Shown one piece after another: positions 1-10,522 of a stretch of 30,335 nucleotides of DNA. The stretch is from Candidatus Shapirobacteria bacterium (GTDB lineage Bacteria; Patescibacteriota; Microgenomatia; UBA12405; JAUWLS01). Made by a program: the position numbers and the translations under genes. The stretch lies in the NCBI GenBank assembly GCA_030667285.1, contig DAOUWE010000001.1, forward strand, positions 1-30,335, written 5' to 3'. A model generated the notes under the pieces. It was given only the letters and a program-made list of their open reading frames with translations, was not told where the DNA came from and did no database searches. Within the stretch, counting starts at the first letter, position 1. Every line of letters starts with the position of its first letter.

Positions 1-795
1 AAAAATAACAAAAACATCTTTTCCCATTTCCATTAATCTTTTCGCCCTCTCGATCCCCATTTCCGCCGCCCTGGTTTGTTCCTCCGGCCTTTCGTCAAAA
101 TTAGAAGCTACAACTTCTCCCTTTATCGATCGCCTTATGTCCGTCACTTCTTCCGGTCTCTCTCCCACCAAAATCGCCATCAAATGAACTTTTGGAAAAT
201 TCTCCGCTACCCCTTGCGCAATTTCCTTCAAAAGCCATGTTTTTCCTGCTTTTGGAGGAGATACAATCATTCCCCTCTGGCCAAAACCAATCGGTGCTAA
301 AAGATCAATAATTCTATTCGCCACTAAACCTTTCTTAGTTTCTAATTTCACCTGCTTCTCGGGATATATAGGAACCAATTCTCCAAATACGGGTCTCCTG
401 GACGCCGCCAGTGGATCAAGTCCATTTACCTTCTCTACCTTTAATAAACCAAAATACCTTTCATTTTCTCTAGGGGGTCTGGCTGGACCTTCTATTAAGT
501 CTCCTTTTCGCAACCGAAACCTTCGAACCTGTGAAGCCGATATATAAGCATCTCTTCTGGAAGGAACAAAATCCGGTCTCAAAAATCCATGCCCCTCAGA
601 AAAAACATCCAAAAAACCTTTAAAGGGAACTGCCGACACTTCTTCCCTTGTTCTTCTGTCCGCGCCCACCCCGGGAACAACTCTCTGACTCCTGGCTTGC
701 CCCACAACCGGAACCCTCTGGGGTACACTATCTTTTCTACCATCATCTACCGTCACCGCCTTAAAAGCTGAATCGCTTGTTTTATTCACTGCCAT
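1..795 (-). CDS. rho: Transcription termination factor Rho (3' end runs off the window)
   Basis: Manual translation of the - strand from ATG 795 is open to position 1: FLDVFSEGHGFLR, LLKVEKVNG, Walker A SPPKAGKT, LVGERPEEVTD, SNFDERPEEQ, IERAKRLMEMGKDV. SD-like GAAAGGT upstream. Not in the ORF track because the stop is outside the window. Confidence 0.97.
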   Translation of the reverse strand, partial: MAVNKTSDSAFKAVTVDDGRKDSVPQRVPVVGQARSQRVVPGVGADRRTREEVSAVPFKGFLDVFSEGHGFLRPDFVPSRRDAYISASQVRRFRLRKGDLIEGPARPPRENERYFGLLKVEKVNGLDPLAASRRPVFGELVPIYPEKQVKLETKKGLVANRIIDLLAPIGFGQRGMIVSPPKAGKTWLLKEIAQGVAENFPKVHLMAILVGERPEEVTDIRRSIKGEVVASNFDERPEEQTRAAEMGIERAKRLMEMGKDVFVIF

Positions 796-869
796 TTTTG
801 TCTACCTTTCAAAAACATGATAACTAATAGTCCGCTCAAAACCTTATTGGGAAACTCAAATCTGCTCCT

Positions 870-898
870 ATTAAACCAAAAACCTCTTCATCTGTCAA
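870..898 (-). promoter_or_regulatory. sigma70-type promoter for rho
   Basis: TTGACA (898-893), 17-nt spacer, TTTAAT (875-870) preceded by TGg (extended -10). Confidence 0.65.
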
Positions 899-925
899 TC
901 TTTCCCATGGGAAGACCCCCCTTCC

Positions 926-1096
926 CTACTTCTTTTTATCTCCCCGAGACCCTTCTTCTTTAGATTCCTTTTTAATCCAGTCAATCATTTCCAAAAGCTC
1001 CGAAAAGTCTTTCATTGAACGAATCACATCTTCGTGCATGGTCACCACCAATTTCCCGTCACTATCCTTAGAAAAACTTAAAATTGTTGTTGTCAT
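926..1096 (-). CDS. Small hypothetical protein, 56 aa (MTTTILSFSKDSDGKLVVTMHEDVIRSMKDFSELLEMIDWIKKESKEEGSRGDKKK)
   Basis: Clean ATG-TAG ORF below the track's length cutoff, with G/A-rich codons like other - strand genes. No recognised family. Confidence 0.55.
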   Translation of the reverse strand: MTTTILSFSKDSDGKLVVTMHEDVIRSMKDFSELLEMIDWIKKESKEEGSRGDKKK

Positions 1097-1128
1097 TTTT
1101 GTTTATTTATTTAATAGATTCTTGTCAA

Positions 1129-1202
1129 TATGGAGAATAAGAATCTTTCAATTAGTAGGCCTGCCCCTCCTACCAACCAAAGTCTAATTCCTACTCTCCA
1201 TA
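1129..1202 (-). ncRNA. Candidate structured RNA / leader: 74-nt hairpin
   Basis: 16-bp outer stem, 4-nt bulge, 14-bp inner stem with one bulge, 9-nt loop. All five non-Watson-Crick pairs are G.U on the - strand. It lies downstream of an extended -10 (TGgTAAAAT, 1239-1231). Confidence 0.45.
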
Positions 1203-1230
1203 CTACCAAGAATCAATTCAAATCTACCCC

Positions 1231-1239
1231 ATTTTACCA
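1231..1239 (-). promoter_or_regulatory. Extended -10 element upstream of the 74-nt hairpin
   Basis: TGGTAAAAT on the - strand; no -35 at canonical spacing. Confidence 0.5.
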
Positions 1240-1440
1240 AAAATCCATCTTGACAACTACTATTAAACTAAGCTATTTTTATCCAAGGAAACATTATTAT
1301 TCGTGTTCTACTCGCTTTTGAATATCGGTAATAATGTTTTCTTTTCTTTGTCCACTAAAACTATGATAGTCAAAGATCCAGCTCTGCAGGATTATCTACC
1401 ACCCCTTTTTACCAATAACTAATAAATTCTTAAAGTTCTC

Positions 1441-1566
1441 CTAAAGACTCATTACCACTAGCCTTCCCCCCAACCTCGTCATTTCCTTAATTTGCCGGCC
1501 ACCCCAATCCCTGCTTTTCTTCTTCTTCCTAAAAATCCCCCTCAAAAACCTAATTACTTTCTTCAT
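1441..1566 (-). CDS. Small cationic peptide, 41 aa (MKKVIRFLRGIFRKKKKSRDWGGRQIKEMTRLGGRLVVMSL)
   Basis: ATG-TAG ORF whose ATG is 7 nt after the -10 of a near-consensus promoter. 14 K/R versus 2 D/E. Confidence 0.5.
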   Translation of the reverse strand: MKKVIRFLRGIFRKKKKSRDWGGRQIKEMTRLGGRLVVMSL

Positions 1567-1573
1567 TGATAAA

Positions 1574-1602
1574 ACCCTACCACCCTCCGCCTTTCTTGTC
1601 AA
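1574..1602 (-). promoter_or_regulatory. sigma70-type promoter for the 41-aa ORF (leaderless geometry)
   Basis: TTGACA (1602-1597), 17 nt, TAGGGT (1579-1574) with TGn extension. Confidence 0.6.
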
Positions 1603-1770
1603 AGCCCATAATGAAAAAAAGCAAAAAAACTCCGTAACCGATAACTTTATTTATTATAAATTCTAGCCTCAAAAAACACTTATAAACACCAACCTTAACT
1701 CCATGTGGAAAACAAACAAATCATCTTTTTGAGAAACCCCCTCTCCTCTCTTGTACAATCAAACTAACAA

Positions 1771-2949
1771 ATGAAGCGATTCTTCAAGAAACACCAAACC
1801 CTGATACTCATCATTCTTTTAGCTTTATTTATCAGGCTATTCTTTTTCTATATTCTTCTTGACCTTCCCCTCTTCGACGACACAAATGCCTATACAGACC
1901 TTGCCCTAAACATATCAAACAAACTCACTTACCAAAATTTTGAAGGCTTTGCTTATCGCCCCCCCGTCTATCCATTTTTCCTTTCCTTCTTCTTTTTCCT
2001 TTCTTCAAACATTCACTTCATCAAACTTGCCCAAATCTTAATCTCTCTTCTTTCCATTCCCCTCACCTTTCTCTTGGCTCAAAAAATATTTAAAAATCGA
2101 AACACATCCTATTTTTCTGCATTTCTAGTTGCCCTGTCTCCCAACCTCTCTTTTTATCCCAATCTCTTAATGTCCGAAACCCTCTTTGCTTTCCTTCTCC
2201 TTCTCTCTCTCTACCTCTCTCAAACCAACCTTAATCTCCTCTCTTCTTTTTCTTGGGCCATAACTACCCTCACCCGCCCTATCACTCTCCTTTTTTATCC
2301 TCTACAGCTCTTCTTAAAACACCGCCATTCTAAAACAATCATTATTTCTCTCCTCATTTTTTTCTCTACTCTTTCCGTCTGGACCCTAAGAAATTATCTA
2401 CTTTTCAAAAAACCCATCCTTTTCACTACCAACTCCGGGCTCAATCTTTTAATCGGCAACCACGAAAACGCCACCGGGGGCTATGTCTATCCCCTTCAAT
2501 ACCACCAGCAATTAGAAAAACTGCCCGAAATAGAAAAAAATGACAAAGCCACCCGGCTAGCCACGAACTACATCAAAAAAAACCCCAAAAAAACTCTCCT
2601 CACTGTCTTTAAAAAACCCCTTTATCTTATTTCTCCTTTTACTGACATTTCCACTGGCCTCTTTGCCCACAAAAATCACCTTCCACCTAATTTCTCGAAC
2701 TTCATTATCAAACCCGTTGTTTATCTTCAAATACTCCACTGGCTTTCTGTTCTCATCCTCTCTCTCCCCTTCTTTCTGCCCCCCAAACTCAAAAAGCCCA
2801 ACTTGCTAGTTATTTTTGTTTTAACATATACTCTCTCCCTTCTGCCCTTTTTTGCCTTTTCTCGTTTTCAAGTTCCCCTCATCCCCCTTTTCTCCATCCT
2901 CGCCGCCCGTACCCTCACCGGTCTTTTCCAAAAAACTAAAGCCTCTTAA
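1771..2949 (+). CDS. GT-C fold membrane glycosyltransferase (GT39/ArnT/PMT-like)
   Basis: 392-aa polytopic membrane protein. DD in the first external loop (LFDDT..Y), RPPVYP, LMSETL, LTRP, W..RNY and F.RF..P motifs typical of this family. Confidence 0.8.
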   Translation: MKRFFKKHQTLILIILLALFIRLFFFYILLDLPLFDDTNAYTDLALNISNKLTYQNFEGFAYRPPVYPFFLSFFFFLSSNIHFIKLAQILISLLSIPLTFLLAQKIFKNRNTSYFSAFLVALSPNLSFYPNLLMSETLFAFLLLLSLYLSQTNLNLLSSFSWAITTLTRPITLLFYPLQLFLKHRHSKTIIISLLIFFSTLSVWTLRNYLLFKKPILFTTNSGLNLLIGNHENATGGYVYPLQYHQQLEKLPEIEKNDKATRLATNYIKKNPKKTLLTVFKKPLYLISPFTDISTGLFAHKNHLPPNFSNFIIKPVVYLQILHWLSVLILSLPFFLPPKLKKPNLLVIFVLTYTLSLLPFFAFSRFQVPLIPLFSILAARTLTGLFQKTKAS

Positions 2950-4243
2950 TCTCTCCTGCTTTTTTGATTCTTACCAAACTTTTTCCAAACACCTTACACT
3001 CTTTCTCTCTTCTATCCACCCCTCTAACCTTTCTCACCCCGCCCAACAAGCTTACTTCCCCCACAAAAACATTCTTTTCAAAAAAAGCCTTATTCTTATA
3101 CGATGACCACAAAGCCGCTATCACTGCTAAGTCGGCTCCCGTATCTTGAATCTTTAATCCTCCCGCCACAGATAAATAAACGTCATATTTATAAAGAGGC
3201 ATACCTAAAACTTTTTGTCCCACTGCTGTCAAAAGCTGTCCCCTAGAAAAAGAAATTCCGGCAAAAACTCTTTTTGGTACTGGCGAAAAACTCTCTGTTA
3301 CCAATGCTTGAATCTCCACCATCATCGCTCTTCCTCCTTCCAAAACCACTGTTAGCGCTGATCCCACTTTGCTTTCTCCTTCTTCCACAAAGTTCAACTC
3401 TTCTCCTCTTACTTCCAAAAGGCCTTTGTCCGTCATTTTAAAAATACCAACTTCATCTGTTGATCCGAATCTGTTTTTTACTGATCTTAATATCCGGAAA
3501 TCACCATTCTTCTCTCCTTCAAAATACAAAACCACATCTACCATATGTTCTAAAAGCTTTGGTCCGGCAATTTCTCCGCCTTTGTTTACATGTCACACTA
3601 TAAAAACTGTCACTCCTAGTCTTTTAGCCATCTCCACTAATCGAAAAGTACACTCTCTAATCTGGGCCACACTTCCTGCTCCACTTGCCACATCTTCGCT
3701 ATTCATCACTTGGATCGAATCTACCACCACCACTCCCGGTATCTTTTTCTCATCAGAATTCACCCGAGATTCCAATTCTCCTACCACCTCTTCTACTCTG
3801 TTTGTGGGCAATACTTCAAACATTTTTGAATCTAATCCCAACCTGTCCACTCGTATTCTTATCTGCTCCGGAGACTCCTCTCCTCCCACATACAGCCCTC
3901 CTATCTTTCCCACTAACTGCGTCAACAAGGTGCTCTTTCCAATTCCCGGCTCCCCAGCGAAAAGCGTCACCGAACCCGGAACAATTCCTTTACCCAACAC
4001 ATTGTCAAGCTCCCCTATCTTCGTTTTAATTCTTTTTGATAAATCACCCACTTTTTTCACCTTGGACAATTTAACCACCTCTGCTCTAGGAAAACTCTGC
4101 CTCTTCTTTCCACCACCTCTAAAAATTTTTCCCACCTCATTTAAGCTATTCCACTCCCCACATCCGGAACACTGTCCTTGCCATTTAGAAAACTCGTTCC
4201 CGCAAGACGAACAAACAAAAACACTACCATCTTTTTTCCCCAT
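2936..4243 (-). pseudogene. radA: DNA repair protein RadA/Sms interrupted by one in-frame TGA (3595-3593)
   Basis: C4 zinc finger (CSSC..CSGC), Walker A GEPGIGKST, KNRFG, Lon-like C-terminus. The two track ORFs are in the same frame and join as VFIV*HVNKGGEIAGPKLLEHMVD, where the family motif is GHVxKxGxIAGP. Confidence 0.85.
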
Positions 4244-4248
4244 CCCTT

Positions 4249-4257
4249 ATTTTATCA
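4249..4257 (-). promoter_or_regulatory. Extended -10 for radA, 5 nt before ATG
   Basis: TGaTAAAAT-aaggg-ATG. Confidence 0.6.
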
Positions 4258-4273
4258 GCTAAAACCATCCACC

Positions 4274-4296
4274 AAAAACCCCCGCTCTCACGGGGG
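4274..4296 (-). terminator. Intrinsic terminator after rpsA
   Basis: CCCCCG-ugagag-CGGGGG stem-loop followed by UUUUU on the - strand. Confidence 0.7.
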
Positions 4297-4319
4297 CCTT
4301 GAATTACTTCTCTCTTGTT

Positions 4320-5486
4320 CTATTTATACATCACTTTCTTCTTACTATCCACTATTCCCAAAGAAATTTTTCTTCTGTCCACATCCATAGTCTCTACATA
4401 AACCTTTACCTTATCTCCTATATTCAACTTTTCTCCTCCTGCTAATTTAGAAATATGGATCAACCCTTCCACACCGGCTTCCAATCTAACCAATGCCCCG
4501 AAATTAGCCAGTTTTACTACTTCTCCGTCATATTCAGCATCTTTACTATATTTCTTATCTATCCCTTTCCATGGATCAGGCAATAATCTCTTAACCGAAA
4601 ACTGCAACCTTCCACCTTCTTTATTGATAAGCTGAACTTTGATTTTGTCTCTAATCTTAAAAAATCTTGAAACCTGGTCCACCTTCTCCCAAGATATTTC
4701 CGAAATATGCACTAGTCCTTCCAGTATTATCTTTCCCAGCTCAATCTTCACAAACAAACCAAACGGTTCCACTCGTACCACCTCTGCATCAAAGTTCTTC
4801 CCGATCTTCAATTCTTCTGCCGCTTTTTCTTCATTTTTTACAGTTTCCGGCTCCGAAACCAGTCTTTCGGAAAATACCAGTCTATTTTTAGCACTATCCA
4901 CTTCCAAAATCTTGCATTTAATCTTTTTTCCCACCATTTTTTCCGGATTCTGATCATATTTATCCCCGATTTGAGATCCCGGTATAAAACCAAAAAAACC
5001 AAAAGGTGCTACTACTACCGCTCCTCCCCTATTTTCTTCTCGAGCATAAACCAAAACATCTGAGTCATTTTTCATCTTTTCTTCAAAAAAATCCCACCCA
5101 AAACCGGAAGCTGCTCCTCGCAAAGAGACCAAAATTTGACCCTTGTCATCTTCTAAACTCCTCACTTGCACTTCGACTTCATCCCCCAAACTCAAACCGG
5201 TTATATAGTCTCTCACTGCCAAAAACTCTCTCCCCATCACCACCGCATCAGTTTTCCCCCCAATATCCATATAAGCTAGCTTATTAGAAATCGAAGTCAA
5301 ACTACCCTTCACCATCTGTCCCTTTTTAAAACCAATCAATTCATGTCCCGTCGCCTCCAACAGCTCATCCATTGTTCGAGCCTTTTCAGCTTTTATTTTA
5401 CTTACTTTCTTAACTTTCTTCTCCACCACCTTCTCGCTCTTTTTCTTTACTACTTTCTTTTCTTTCTTTGCTTTTTTTATTGCCAT
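4320..5486 (-). CDS. rpsA: 30S ribosomal protein S1 (short form, about 4 S1 domains, Lys-rich N-terminal tail)
   Basis: Repeated S1 motifs: KGQMVKG, AYMDIGGKTDA, GFIPGSQI, FGLFV..GLVHISEISW, FGALV.LEAGVEGLIHISKL, RRKISL. Confidence 0.9.
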   Translation of the reverse strand: MAIKKAKKEKKVVKKKSEKVVEKKVKKVSKIKAEKARTMDELLEATGHELIGFKKGQMVKGSLTSISNKLAYMDIGGKTDAVVMGREFLAVRDYITGLSLGDEVEVQVRSLEDDKGQILVSLRGAASGFGWDFFEEKMKNDSDVLVYAREENRGGAVVVAPFGFFGFIPGSQIGDKYDQNPEKMVGKKIKCKILEVDSAKNRLVFSERLVSEPETVKNEEKAAEELKIGKNFDAEVVRVEPFGLFVKIELGKIILEGLVHISEISWEKVDQVSRFFKIRDKIKVQLINKEGGRLQFSVKRLLPDPWKGIDKKYSKDAEYDGEVVKLANFGALVRLEAGVEGLIHISKLAGGEKLNIGDKVKVYVETMDVDRRKISLGIVDSKKKVMYK

Positions 5487-5491
5487 TTTAT

Positions 5492-5516
5492 AAAAAATCC
5501 CCGTTTATCGGGGATT
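5492..5516 (-). terminator. Terminator-like hairpin between 5S and rpsA
   Basis: AAUCCCCG-auaaa-CGGGGAUU stem with a U-run, ending a few nt before the rpsA ATG. Confidence 0.5.
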
Positions 5517-5595
5517 ACTCCTTACAAGTGTCAAAGCACTTGTCGATAAACTTATAATTCCGCCCCACTTTGGTGGGATCACTTTAATTTCTTTA

Positions 5596-5714
5596 TTCTA
5601 GCCACTGCCTATCTTCATCCTCGGCTTGTGCCGGGACTATTGTCAGTGCTGACCCGTTTCACGACTCTGTTCGAAATGGAAAGAGGTGGTTCCGAATCGC
5701 CAAAGTGACCAGAA
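5596..5714 (-). rRNA. rrf: 5S rRNA
   Basis: 119 nt. Complementary ends (UUCUGGUCAC/GUGGCUAGAA), conserved CCAUUUCGAAC motif, located 3' of 23S. Confidence 0.93.
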
Positions 5715-5730
5715 CAAAAAAATTAAATCC

Positions 5731-5758
5731 GATTAACAACTTAGTTGAGTCCTTAGAA
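5731..5758 (-). other. 3' arm of 23S processing stem (pairs with 8815-8842)
   Basis: GAUUAACAACUU..GUUGAGU..UUAGAA upstream of 23S is complementary to UUCUAA..ACUCAAC.AAGUUGUUAAUC downstream, an RNase III-type stem. Confidence 0.7.
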
Positions 5759-5759
5759 T

Positions 5760-8814
<3,055 letters not shown>

Positions 8815-8842
8815 TTCTAACAACTCAACAAAGTTGTTAATC
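8815..8842 (-). other. 5' arm of 23S processing stem
   Basis: Inverted complement of 5731-5758. Confidence 0.7.
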
Positions 8843-8888
8843 ACTATACTACTTAAATTAAATTTAAAATTTAATTGAGATTTGGGTT

Positions 8889-8903
8889 AATTTTTAAAGT
8901 TCA
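8889..8903 (-). promoter_or_regulatory. boxA-like antitermination element upstream of 23S
   Basis: TGAACTTTAAAAATT resembles rrn spacer boxA (GCTCTTTAAAAA) and is at the expected position. Confidence 0.35.
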
Positions 8904-8943
8904 ATTCCGCTTAGCGGAATGCTCCGAACCACTCGGAACTTTG

Positions 8944-9017
8944 TGGACCTGGGGAGAGTCGAACTCCCGACCTCCTCGTTGCAAACGAGGCGCTCTAACC
9001 AACTAAGCCACAGGCCC
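8944..9017 (-). tRNA. tRNA-Ala(TGC)
   Basis: Acceptor GGGCCUG/CAGGUCC, anticodon arm CCUCG-UU UGC AA-CGAGG, T-arm GGGAG-UUCGACU-CUCCC. CCA not encoded. Confidence 0.97.
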
Positions 9018-9055
9018 TTCTTTTGCCTATCCCTAGGTAGGTCCAAATTTTCAAC

Positions 9056-9081
9056 AAAAAAACCGAAGCTCTCACTTCGGT
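9056..9081 (-). terminator. Terminator/attenuator-like hairpin inside the rRNA leader
   Basis: ACCGAAG-ugagag-CUUCGGU followed by a U-run on the - strand. Confidence 0.5.
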
Positions 9082-9192
9082 CCCAAAAACACACCACTCC
9101 CTATTTAAAACACGTCTTTCTTAAAAAATTTCTTTCTCATTTACTTTCTTTGTTTTGGGCCGAAAAAAGCTTATAGCTAATTCGTGCTTCAC

Positions 9193-9221
9193 ATTATATT
9201 TCAACCACCCTCTTTCGTCAA
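9193..9221 (-). promoter_or_regulatory. Near-consensus promoter of the tRNA-Ala/23S/5S operon
   Basis: TTGACG (9221-9216), 17 nt, TATAAT (9198-9193), directly after the GH18 stop. Confidence 0.75.
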
Positions 9222-9226
9222 CCCTA

Positions 9227-10363
9227 TCATTTCAATTGTCTTTCTAGTTCTTCCCACACTTCATCATGTTCTCCTTCATATCCCAAGGCCCAAAAACCCA
9301 CTCCTCCCAACTGACTCTCTTTTACTAAACGATATTTCACGCTCAAAGATTGCAAATTTTCATAATAAATCTGCTTCGTCACCCCCTCGTCTTTGTAAAC
9401 CAGCCACGGACTCATCGAAAGCGAATCCCAACCGGGCTCAACTTCTTCCTCTTCAACAAACTCCTTCATCCTATTATAACTAGCCATCGCGGACCATCCC
9501 CTTTCCACCGCCGCTCCATATTCTTCCCCATACGTCTTCCACTCATATCCATACAAGGGCAAGGCCACTATCAGTTTTTCTTTCGGTATTCCCAATTTCC
9601 AAGCACTCTCCAAAACCTCTAACACACTTCTCTCTCCGGGACCACTTCTAATCGGTGCCACTGCTCCTGCCCAATCCGACCCCGGCCGATGAAAATCATA
9701 AGCCATAATCACCACATAATCCAATAACTCTGCTATCTCACTCCATCTTTCAATATCCCCTTTTATAATAGTATTCCCAAAAACATCCAGACTCACCTCT
9801 CCCACCTCAGCTTCCGTCAAATCTCTCAAAAACCCCAAAAATCCATCTCTCAACACTCCCAAATGATCTCCCGCATACTCAAAATCTACATTTACTCCAT
9901 CAAAATCCTCTTCTTTTACTAATTTCTTTACTTGCTCTATTAGTCTTTTTTGAGCAGTTTTGCTAGTCATCAACTGATCAATCTCATCATCTTTAAACAA
10001 TTTTAATCCCAAAATATTCTTCTTCCCCTGTTTTCTCATCTCCTCTTTCATAGACAAGTATTCCCTACTATAAAGCCATTGCGCATCGCTATCCCAAATC
10101 AAATCCCCACTTCCCTCAACCCCCACCCCTAAAAAAATCAACTGATCTAATACTTCCGGATGTAACTTTGTTTTCTTTATCGTCCAAGGCGGTAAAAACC
10201 CGATCACTTCAAAATGTCTCTTTTCTTCTATCATTCCCAATCTTTCTCCCATCTTTATCAAAGGATTCAAAAACACTCTCTTGCTATCTATATATAGATA
10301 TCCTCCTATTCCAATCACCAATATCCCAAAAACCATCAGTAACGCACCCATCTTTTTTTTCAT
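9227..10363 (-). CDS. Membrane-anchored glycoside hydrolase family 18 protein
   Basis: N-terminal TM helix. Catalytic-type motif FDGVNVDFEY, plus MAYDFH, LPLYGYEW, IYYEN..S...K, LGGVGFWALG. Confidence 0.88.
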   Translation of the reverse strand: MKKKMGALLMVFGILVIGIGGYLYIDSKRVFLNPLIKMGERLGMIEEKRHFEVIGFLPPWTIKKTKLHPEVLDQLIFLGVGVEGSGDLIWDSDAQWLYSREYLSMKEEMRKQGKKNILGLKLFKDDEIDQLMTSKTAQKRLIEQVKKLVKEEDFDGVNVDFEYAGDHLGVLRDGFLGFLRDLTEAEVGEVSLDVFGNTIIKGDIERWSEIAELLDYVVIMAYDFHRPGSDWAGAVAPIRSGPGERSVLEVLESAWKLGIPKEKLIVALPLYGYEWKTYGEEYGAAVERGWSAMASYNRMKEFVEEEEVEPGWDSLSMSPWLVYKDEGVTKQIYYENLQSLSVKYRLVKESQLGGVGFWALGYEGEHDEVWEELERQLK

Positions 10364-10443
10364 GTCCCCTATTCTACTCTACTCACTTAAATTATCTGTC
10401 TTTCTCTTTAATTCAAGCCTGTAGTATACTAAACCACTTACCA

Positions 10444-10517
10444 GCGCGTGTAGCTCAGTTGGTTAGAGCGCAGTCCTGATAAGACTGAGGTCCCTGGTTC
10501 GACCCCAGGCACGCGCA
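10444..10517 (+). tRNA. tRNA-Ile(GAT)
   Basis: Acceptor GCGCGUG/CACGCGC, anticodon arm CAGUC-CU GAU AA-GACUG, T-arm CCUGG-UUCGACC-CCAGG. -10 TATACT at 10425-10430. Confidence 0.97.
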
Positions 10518-10522
10518 CTCTC

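Noticed and set aside
76-771. Track ORFs at 76-300 and 589-771
   Set aside because: Antisense to rho.
1129-1202. Hairpin as SRP 4.5S RNA or 6S RNA
   Set aside because: Lacks the helix-8 CAGG/GGAA/AGCA motif of SRP; too short and without the central bubble of 6S.
3593-3595. UGA=Gly recoding (genetic code 25) suggested by TGA at a conserved Gly in radA
   Set aside because: Gly-rich long genes (ftsH, 789 aa, DUF4012, ATP-grasps) have no in-frame TGA. DUF4012 ends in a TGA that overlaps the next ATG (ATGA), which is typical stop usage. Selenocysteine is implausible at a conserved Gly.
3369-4262. 297-aa + strand ORF and other long antisense ORFs (e.g. 4639-4953, 13286-13570, 16528-17058, 20073-20390)
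   Set aside because: Shadows of real genes on the opposite strand; S/P/T/F-rich or G/V-rich nonsense composition caused by strand skew; no motifs.
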